A DNA stretch of 64,000 nucleotides from Eledone cirrhosa (lineage: Eukaryota), in contig OZ024741.1 in assembly GCA_964016885.1 (NCBI GenBank), positions 187,426,001-187,490,000 on the forward strand, in the 5' to 3' direction. The notes under the pieces were generated by a model. That model saw nothing but the letters and a program-made list of their open reading frames with translations. It did not search any database and was not told the DNA's origin. Below, one piece after another: positions 30,001 to 39,453 of the stretch (position 1 is the stretch's first letter; each line of letters begins with the position of its first letter). A program made the translations under genes and the position numbers.

Positions 30001-33000
30001 ATGTTACTGTTGCTGTTGTTGATGTTACTGTTATTGTTGTTGATGTTACTGTTACTGTTGTTGATGTTACTGTTGCTGTTGTTGATGTTACTGTTACTGT
30101 TGTTGTTGTTACTGTTGTTGATGTTGATGTTACTGTTGTTGTTACTGTGTTACTGTGGTTGTTGATGTTACTGTTACTGTTGTTGATGTTACTGTTGTTG
30201 ATGTTACTGTTACTGTTGTTGATGTTACTGTTACTGTTGTTGATGTTACTGTTACTGTTGTTGTTGTTACTGTTGTTGATGTTGATGTTACTGTTGTTGT
30301 TGTTGTTGTTGTTGTTACTGTTACTGTTGTTGATGTTACTGTTGTTGATGTTACTGTTACTGTTGTTGATGTTACTGTTACTGTTGCTGTTGTTACTGTT
30401 ACTGTTGTTGATGTTACTGTTGCTGTTGCTGTTGTTACTGTTACTGTTGTTGATGCTACTGTTACTGTTGTTGATGTTACTGTTACTGTTGTTGTTGTTA
30501 CTGTTACTGTTGCTGTTGTTACTGTTGCTGTTGTTGATGTTACTGTTGTTGTTGTTGATTTTACTGTTGCTGTTGTTGATGTTACTGTTACTGTTGTTGA
30601 TGTTACTGTTGTTGATGCTACTGTTGTTGTTGTTGATTTTACTGTTGCTGTTGTTGATGTTACTGTTACTGTTGTTGATGTTACTGTTGCTGTTGTTGAT
30701 GTTACTGTTGCTGTTGTTGATGTTACTGTTACTGTTGTTGATGTTACTGTTGCTGTTGTTGATGTTACTGTTGCTGTTGTTGATGTTACTGTTGCTGTTG
30801 TTGATGTTACTGTTACTGATGTTGATGTTACTGTTGTTGATGTTACTGTTACTGTTGTTGATGTTACTGTTGTTGTTGTTGATGTTACTGTTGCTGTTGT
30901 TGATGTTACTGTTGCTGTTGTTGATGTTACTGTTACTGTTGTTGATGTTACTGTTGCTGTTGTTGATGTTACTGTTGCTGTTGTTGATGTTACTGTTGCT
31001 GTTGTTGATGTTACTGTTACTGTTGTTGATGTTACTGTCGTTGATGTTACTGTTGTTGTTGTTGATTTTACTGTTGCTGTTGTTGATGTTACTGTTGCTG
31101 TTGTTGATGTTACTGTTACTGTTGTTGATGTTACTGTTACTGTTGTTGATGTTACTGTTACTGTTGTTGATGTTACTGTTACTGTTGTTGATTTTACTGT
31201 TGCTGTTGTTGATGTTACTGTTGCTGTTGTTGATGTTACTGTTACCTGTTGTTCATGTTACTGTTGTTGATGTTACTGTTACTGTTGTTGATGTTACTGT
31301 TGCTGTTGTTGATGTTACTGTTGTTGATGTTGTTGTTGTTGATGTTACGGTTACTGTTGTTGATGTTACTGTTACTATTGTTGTTGTTACTGTTACTGTT
31401 GTTGATGTTACTGTTGCTGTTGTTGTTGTTACTGTTACTGTTGCTGTTGTTGATGTTACTGTTACTGTTGTTGATGTTACTGTTACTGTTGTTGTTGTTG
31501 TTACTGTTGCTGTTGTTGTTGTTACTGTTACTGTTGCTGTTGTTGTTGTTACTGTTGATGTTACTGTTGTTGTTGTTGTAGTTGTTACTGTTGCTGTTGT
31601 TGATGTTACTGTTGCTGTTGTTGATGTTACTGTTGCTGTTGTTGTTGTTACTATTGTTATTGTTGATGTTACTGTTACTGTTGCTGTTGTTGATGTTACT
31701 GTTGTTGATGTTACTGTTGCTGTTGTTGTTGTTACTGTTACTGTTGTTGTTGTTACTGTTACTGTTGCTGTTGTTGTTGTTACTGTTGCTGTTGCTGTTG
31801 TTACTGTTGCTGTTGTTGATGTTACTGTTGCTGTTGTTGATGTTACTGTTGCTGTTGCTGATGTTACTGTTGCTGTTGTTGTTGTTATTGTTGTTGTTGT
31901 TGATGTTACTGTTGCTGTTGTTGATGTTACTGTTGCTGTTGTTGTTGTTACTGTTGCTGTTGTTGATGTTACTGTTGCTGTTGTTGATGTTACTGTTGCT
32001 GTTGTTGTTGTTACTGTTTTTTATGTTACTGTTGCTGTTGTTGTTGTTACTGTTGCTGTTGCTGTTGTTGTTGTTACTGTTGTTGTTGTTGTTACTGTTG
32101 CTGTTGCTGTTGTTGTTGTTACTGTTGTTGTTGTTGTTACTGTTGCTGTTGCTGTTGTTGTTGTTACTGTTCCTGTTGTTGTTGTTACTGTTGTTGTTGT
32201 TGTTACTGTTTTTTATGTTACTGTTGCTGTTGTTGTTGTTACTGTTGCTGTTGTTGTTATTACTGTTGCTGTTACTGTTGTTGATGTTACTGTTACTGTT
32301 GTTGATGTTAATGTTGCTGTTGTTGTTGTTACTGTTACTGTTGCTGTTGTTGTTGTTACTGTTACTCTTGTTGATGTTACTGTTGTTGATGTTACTGTTA
32401 CTGTTGTTGATGTTACTGTTGTTGATGTTGATGTTACTGTTGCTGTTGTTGATGTTACTGTTACTGTTGTTGATGTTACTGTTGCTGTTGTTACTGTTGC
32501 CGTTGTTGATGTTACTGTTGCTGTTGTTGTTGTTACTGTTGCTGTTGTTGATGTTACTGTTGCTGTTGTTGTTGTTACTGTTACTGTTGTTGATGTTACT
32601 GTTGCTGTTGTTGTTGTTACTGTTACTGTTGTTGATGTTACTGTTACTGTTGTTGATGTTACTGTTGCTGTTGTTGTTGTTACTGTTACTGTTGTTGATG
32701 TTACTGTTGCTGTTGTTACTGTTACTGTTGCTGTTGTTGATGTTACTGTTGTTGTTGTTGATGTTCCTGTTGTTGTTGTTGATGTTACTGTTGCTGTTGT
32801 TGTTGTTACTGTTACTGTTGCTGTTGTTGTTGTTACTGTTGTTGTTGTTGTTGTTGTTACTGTTACTGTTGTTGTTGTTACTGTTGCTGTTGTTGTTGTT
32901 ACTGTTACTGTTGCTGTTGTTGATGTTACTGTTACTGTTGTTGTTGTTACTGTTGCTGTTGTTGTTGTTACTGTTACTGTTGCTGTTGTTGTTGTTACTG

Positions 33001-36000
33001 TTGATGTTACTGTTGTTGTTGTTGTTGTTGTTACTGTTGCTGTTACTGTTGTTGATGTTACTGTTGCTGTTGTTCATGTTACTGTTGCTGTTGTTGTTGT
33101 TGATGTTACTGTTACTGTTGTTGTTGTTACTGTTGCTGTTGTTGTTGTTGATGTTACTGTTACTGTTGCTGTTGTTGTTGTTACTGTTGTTGTTGTTGAT
33201 GTTACTGTTGCTGATGTTGTTGTTACTGTTGCTGATGTTGTTGTTACTGTTGCTGTTGTTGATGTTACTGTTGCTGTTGTTGTTGTTACTGTTGCTGTTG
33301 TTGTTGTTACTGTTGCTGTTGTTGTTGTTACTGTTGTTGTTGTTTATGTTACTGTTACTGTTGTTGTTGTTTATGTTACTGTTACTGTTGTTGTTGTTGA
33401 TGTTACTGTTACTGTTGTTGTTGTTACTGTTGCTGTTGTTGTTGTTGATGTTACTGTTACTGTTGTTGTTGTTGATGTTACTGTTACTGTTGTTGTTGTT
33501 GATGTTGCTGTTGTTGTTGTTGATGTTACTGTTACTGTTGTTGATGTTACTGTTACTGTTGTTGATGTTACTGTTGCTGTTGTTGTTGTTACTGTTGTTG
33601 TTGTTGATGTTACTGTTGCTGTTGTTGTTGTTACTGTTGCTGTTGTTGTTGTTACTGTTGCTGTTGTTGATGTTACTGTTGCTGTTGTTGTTGTTACTGT
33701 TGCTGTTGTTGATGTTACTGTTGCTGTTGTTGTTGTTACTGTTACTGTTGTTGTTGTTACTGTTACTGTTGCTGTTGTTGTTGTTACTGTTGTTGTTGTT
33801 GATGTTACTGTTGCTGTTGTTGATGTTACTGTTGCTGTTGTTGTTGTTACTGTTACTGTTGTTGTTGTTACTGTTACTGTTGTTGATGTTACTGTTGTTG
33901 TTGTTGATGTTACTGTTGCTGTTGCTGTTGTTACTGTTGCTGTTGTTGTTGTTGTTACTGTTGTTGTTGTTGATGTTACTGTTGCTGTTGTTGTTGTTAC
34001 TGTTGCTGTTGCTGTTGTTACTGTTGCTGTTGTTGATGTTACTGTTGTTGTTGTTGTTGTTACTGTTGCTGTTGTTGTTGTTACTGTTGTTGTTGTTGTT
34101 GTTGTTACTGTTGTTGTTGTTGATGTTACTGTTGCTGTTGTTGTTGTTACTGTTGTTGTTGTTGTTGTTACTGTTGTTGTTGTTGATGTTACTGTTACTG
34201 TTGTTGTTGTTGATGTTACTGTTACTGTTGTTGTTGTTACTGTTGCTGTTGTTGTTGTTGATGTTACTGTTACTGTTGTTGTTGTTGATGTTACTGTTAC
34301 TGTTGTTGTTGTTGATGTTACTGTTACTGTTGTTGATGTTACTGTTGCTGTTGTTGTTGTTGATGTTACTGTTGCTGTTGTTGTTGTTACTGTTGTTGTT
34401 GTTGTTGTTGTTACTGTTGTTGTTGTTGATGTTACTGTTACTGTTGTTGTTGTTACTGTTGCTGTTGTTGTTGTTACTGTTGTTGTTGTTGATGTTACTG
34501 TTGTTGTTGTTGTTGTTACTGTTACTGTTGTTGTTGTTACTGTTGTTGTTGTTGATGTTACTGTTGCTGTTGTTGATGTTACTGTTGCTGTTGTTGTTGT
34601 TACTGTTACTGTTGTTGTTGTTACTGTTACTGTTGCTGTTGTTGTTGTTACTGTTGCTGTTGTTGATGTTACTGTTGCTGTTGTTGATGTTACTGTTGCT
34701 GTTGTTGTTGTTACTGTTGCTGTTGTTGTTGTTACTGTTGTTGTTGTTGTTGTTACTGTTGTTGTTGTTGATGTTACTGTTGCTGTTGTTGTTGTTACTG
34801 TTGTTGATGTTACTGTTGTTGTTGTTGATGTTACTGTTGTTGATGTTACTATTGCTGTTGTTGTTGTTACTGTTGTTGTTTTTGATGTTACTGTTGTTGA
34901 TGTTACTGTTGCTGTTGTTGTTGTTACTGTTGCTGTTGTTGATGTTACTGTTGCTGTTGTTGTTGTTACTGTTACTGTTGTTGTTGTTACTGTTACTGTT
35001 GCTGTTGTTGTTGTTACTGTTGCTGTTGCTGTTGTTGATGTTACTGTTGCTGTTGTCGATGTTACTGTTGCTGTTGTTGATGTTACTGTTGCTGTTGTTG
35101 TTGTTACTGTTGCTGTTGTTGTTGTTACTGTTGTTGTTGTTGATGTTACTGTTGCTGTTGTTGTTGTTACTGTTGTTGTTGTTGATGTTACTGTTGCTGT
35201 TGTTGTTGTTACTGTTGCTGTTGTTGTTGTTACTGTTGCTGTTGTTGTTGTTACTATTACTGCTGATGTTGTTGTTGTTATTGTTGCTGTTGTTGTTGTT
35301 GTACTGTTGCTGTTGTGGATGTTACTATTGCTGTTGTTGATGTTACTGTTGCTGTTGTTGATGTTACTGTTGCTGTTGTTACTGTTGCTGTTGTTGATGT
35401 TGCTGTTGTTGTTGTTGATGTTACTGTTGCTGTTGTTGATGTTACTGTTGCTGTTGTTACTGTTGCTGTTGTTGATGTTGCTGTTGTTGTTGTTGATGTT
35501 ACTGTTGCTGTTGTTGATGTTACTGTTGCTGTTGTTGATGTTACTGTTGCTGTTGTTACTGTTGCTGTTGTTGATGTTACTGTTGCTGTTGTTACTGTTG
35601 CCGTTGTTGATGTTACTGTTACTGTTGTTGATGTTACTGTTGCTGTTGTTGATGTTGCTGTTGTTGTTGTTGTTGTTACTGTTGCTGTTGTTGATGTTAC
35701 TGTTACTGTTGTTGATGTTACTGTTGCTGTTGTTGATGTTACTGTTGTTGATGTTACTGTTGTTGTTGTTACTGTTACTGTTTCTGTTGTTGATGTTACT
35801 GTTACTGTTGTTGATGTTACTGTTACTGCTGCTGTTGTTGTTGTTACTGTTACTGCTGCTGTTGTTGTTGATATTGTTGCTGTTGTTGTTGTACTGTTGC
35901 TGTTGTGGATGTTACTGTTGCTGTTGTTGTTGTTACTATTACTGCTGATGTTGTTGTTGTTATTGTTGCTGTTGTTGTTGTTGTACTGTTGCTGTTGTGG

Positions 36001-38691
36001 ATGGTACTATTGCTGTTGTTGATGTTACTGTTGCTGTTGTTGATGTTACTGTTGCTGTTGTTACTGTTGCTGTTGTTGATGTTGCTGTTGTTGTTGTTGA
36101 TGTTACTGTTGCTGTTGTTGATGTTACTGTTGCTGTTGTTACTGTTGCTGTTGTTGATGTTGCTGTTGTTGTTGTTGATGTTACTGTTGCTGTTGTTGAT
36201 GTTACTGTTGCTGTTGTTGATGTTACTGTTGCTGTTGTTACTGTTGCTGTTGTTGATGTTACTGTTGCTGTTGTTACTGTTGCCGTTGTTGATGTTACTG
36301 TTACTGTTGCTGTTGTTACTGTTGCTGTTGTTGTTGTTGATGTTGTTGTTGTTGATGTTACTGTTGCTGTTGTTGATGTTACTGTTGCTGTTGTTGATGT
36401 TACTGTTGCTGTTGTTGATGTTACTGTTGCTGTTGTTACTGTTGCTGTTGTTGATGTTGCTGTTGTTGTTGTTGATGTTACTGTTGCTGTTGTTGATGTT
36501 ACTGTTGCTGTTGTTACTGTTGCTGTTGTTGTTGTTGATGTTGTTGTTGTTGATGTTACTGTTGCTGTTGTTGATGTTACTGTTGCTGTTGTTGATGTTA
36601 CTGTTGCTGTTGTTACTGTTGCTGTTGTTGTTGTTGATGTTGTTGTTGTTGATGTTACTGTTACTGTTGTTGATGTTACTGTTACTGTTACTGTTGTTGT
36701 TGTTACTGTTACTGCTGCTGTTGTTGTTGTTATTGTTGCTGTTGTTGTTGTACTGTTGCTGTTGTGGATGTTACTGTTGCTGTTGTTGATGTTACTGTTG
36801 CTGTTGTTGATGTTACTGTTGCTGTTGTTACTGTTGCTGTTGTTGATGTTGCTGTTGTTGTTGTTGATGTTACTGTTGCTGTTGTTGATGTTACTGTTGC
36901 TGTTGTTACTGTTGCTGTTGTTGTTGTTGATGTTGTTGTTGTTGATGTTACTGTTGCTGTTGTTGATGTTACTGTTGCTGTTGTTGATGTTACTGTTGCT
37001 GTTGTTACTGTTGCTGTTGTTGATGTTGCTGTTGTTGTTGTTGATGTTACTGTTGCTGTTGTTGATGTTACTGTTGCTGTTGTTACTGTTGCTGTTGTTG
37101 ATGTTGCTGTTGTCGTTGTTGATGTTACTGTTGCTGTTGTTGATGTTACTGTTGCTGTTGTTGATGTTACTGTTGTTGATGTTACTGTTGATGTTGTTGT
37201 TGTTACTGTTACTGTTGTTGATGTTACTGTTGTTGTTGTTGATGTTACTGTTGTTGTTGTTGATGTTACTGTTGTGATGTTACTGTTGTTGTTGTTGATG
37301 TTACTGTTGTTGTTGTTACTGTTGTTGTTGTTGTTGTTGTTGTTACTGTTGTTGTTGTTGTTGTTGTTGTTGTTACTGTTGTTGATGTTGATGTTGTTGA
37401 TGTTACTGTTACTGTTGTTGTTGTTACTGTTACTGTTGTTGATGTTACTGTTGTTGTTGTTGATGTTACTGTTGTTGTTGTTGATGTTACTGTTGTTGTT
37501 GTTGATGTTACTGTTGCTGTTGTTGATGTTACTGTTACTGTTGTTGATGTTACTGTTACTGTTGTTGATGTTACTTTTGCTGTTGTTGATGTTACTGTTA
37601 CTGTTGTTGTTGTTACTGTTGCTGTTGTTGATGTTACTGTTGCTGTTGTTGATGTTACTGTTGCTGTTGTTGATGTTACTGTTGCTGTTGTTGATGTTAC
37701 TGTTGTTGATGTTACTGTTACTGTTGTTGATGTTACTGTTACTGTTGTTGATGTTACTGTTACTGTTGTTGATGTTACTGTTACTGTTGTTGATGTTACT
37801 TTTGCTGTTGTTGATGTTACTGTTACTGTTGTTGATGTTACTGTTGCTGTTGTTGATGTTACTGTTACTGTTGTTGATGTTACTGTTACTGTTGTTGATG
37901 TTACTGTTACTGTTGTTGATGTTACTGTTACTGTTGTTGATGTTACTTTTGCTGTTGTTGATGTTACTGTTACTGTTGTTGATGTTACTGTTGCTGTTGT
38001 TGATGTTACTGTTACTGTTGTTGATGTTACTGTTACTGTTGTTGATGTTACTGTTGCTGTTGTTGATGTTACTGTTACTGTTGTTGATGTTACTGTTACT
38101 GTTGTTGATGTTACTGTTACTGTTGTTGATGTTACTGTTGCTGTTGTTGATGTTACTGTTGCTGTTGTTGATGTTACTGTTGTTGATGTTACTTTTGCTG
38201 TTGTTGATGTTACTGTTACTGTTGTTGATGTTACTGTTACTGTTGTTGATGTTACTGTTACTGTTGTTGATGTTACTGTTGCTGTTGTTGATGTTACTGT
38301 TACTGTTGTTGATGTTACTGTTACTGTTGTTGATGTTACTGTTGCTGTTGTTGATGTTACTGTTGCTGTTGTTGATGTTACTGTTGTTGATGTTACTGTT
38401 GCTGTTGTTGATGTTACTGTTACTGTTGTTGATGTTACTGTTGCTGTTGTTGATGTTACTGTTGCTGTTGTTGATGTTACTGTTGTTGATGTTACTGTTG
38501 CTGTTGTTGATGTTACTGTTACTGTTGTTGATGTTACTGTTGCTGTTGTTGATGTTACTGTTGCTGTTGTTGATGTTACTGTTACTGTTGTTGACGTTAC
38601 TGTTGTTGTTGTTGATGTTACTGTTGATGTTGTTGATGTTACTATTGCTGTTGTTGATCTTACTGTTGCTGATGCTGATGTTACTGTTGTT
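1..38691. repeat. Giant cryptic trinucleotide satellite (GTT/ACT/GAT/GCT triplets; main units GATGTTACTGTT[A/G]CTGTTGTT, 21 bp, and GATGTTACTGTTGTT, 15 bp); continues off the left edge
   Basis: Direct reading: uninterrupted for 38.7 kb, nearly every triplet ends in T on +; ends at ...gctgatgctgatgttactgttgtt|ttttcttagg. Confidence 0.98.
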
Positions 38692-38780
38692 TTTTCTTAG
38701 GAGTAAAACCCCAAAGCCTCCCTCTGAATTCTACTTGTGAAAAGCAGAAAACTGCGAAACCGATAAAGAACCAAATAAAC
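38692..38780 (+). repeat. Unique ~90-bp tail of the satellite (contains AATAAA); homologous to the inverted copy at 41787-41876
   Basis: cttaggagtaaaaccccaaagcctcc...ccaaataaac is the near-exact reverse complement of 41787-41876. Confidence 0.93.
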
Positions 38781-38891
38781 TATTGTTTAAGCGTCAGTCA
38801 TACAAAAGTGAGTTACAAACGAAACGAAATTTAATTTCGTTTCGTTATTTGTTTTTATCGTCTCCGCTGAACCGGTACGTACTCACGCTCT

Positions 38892-38899
38892 ATGCAAAT
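38892..38899 (+). promoter_or_regulatory. Octamer motif ATGCAAAT in the HHR monomer (present in all three copies)
   Basis: Exact octamer sequence; function not shown. Confidence 0.35.
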
Positions 38900-38984
38900 T
38901 AGTCTGCCCACTACTAATTTTCATTATAAAAGCATATCACGATATGTGCTTTTACGATTCTCTAGAAAGGCCGGAAGATAGGTA

Positions 38985-39029
38985 AATATTGCTGATGAGA
39001 TGTAACAACATCGAAACTAGTCCAATATT
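38985..39029 (+). ncRNA. Minimal type I hammerhead ribozyme (predicted cleavage after GUC, C39022)
   Basis: AATATTG-CTGATGA-GATGT(aaca)ACATC-GAAA-CTAG-TC-CAATATT: intact core, 7-bp stem I, 5-bp stem II, palindromic ACUAGU stem III typical of PLE/retrozyme HHRs. Confidence 0.92.
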
Positions 39030-39242
39030 CCTGTCTGGCTTTCTGGAGAATAGAGGAAAGGTGTTTCCTCGAAAACCAGTATGACTCTAAAAACCGGTTT
39101 GTCTGTGTGTTTACATACAGAATAGCTGGACACTCACAGTAAAGTGTCCAGTGAAAAGCTCGGTACATCTACATATGTACACGTGTGTGTATTCATATGC
39201 ATACTAGTATTTCAGTATACATATGTGGATGTACATTTTTAA

Positions 39243-39244
<2 letters not shown>

Positions 39245-39294
<50 letters not shown>

Positions 39295-39378
39295 ATTGTA
39301 TCTTATATAAATATATCTATATATAATGTGGGTAATATTACAAGTATGAGAATAGCTTAATGTAAAATAATAGGATAC

Positions 39379-39450
<72 letters not shown>
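39245..39450. repeat. (TA)n microsatellite interrupted at ~39292-39381 by a short terminal fragment of the element seen at 46658 onward
   Basis: ttgtatcttatataaat...aatgtgggtaatattacaagtatgagaatag matches 46659-46730. Confidence 0.85.

Positions 39451-39453
<3 letters not shown>

Larger units (their letters stand above)
38782..39243 (+). mobile_element. One ~465-bp hammerhead-containing monomer (retrozyme / Penelope pseudo-LTR-like), followed by (TA)n
   Basis: Near-identical to the tandem monomer at 43354-43818 and the inverted partial at 42907-43258; contains an HHR core and several hairpins. Confidence 0.88.

Noticed and set aside
1-38691. Mucin-like Thr/Ser-rich exon on the minus strand (TSTTVTV)
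   Set aside because: Essentially no Pro, a single codon per residue, recurrent real frameshifts, no flanking mucin domains, and the same repeat occurs inside a mobile copy at 41877-42907.
1-38691. Telomeric array
   Set aside because: No TTAGGG-type unit. The G/T-rich strand runs toward interior unique sequence rather than toward a left chromosome end, and an interstitial copy exists.
1-38691. CRISPR array
   Set aside because: No repeat-spacer structure, eukaryotic context, no cas genes.
2-38740. Giant ORFs (poly-L/M, VVDVTVT, NSNINN) up to 3947 aa
   Set aside because: They are a consequence of a stop-free triplet repeat: several frames are open at once, there are no domains, and frames swap at indels that are themselves duplicated.
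38962-39168. 68-aa ORF MYRAFHW... seen three times
   Set aside because: It is antisense to the HHR and recurs only because the monomers are near-identical; no recognisable motif.
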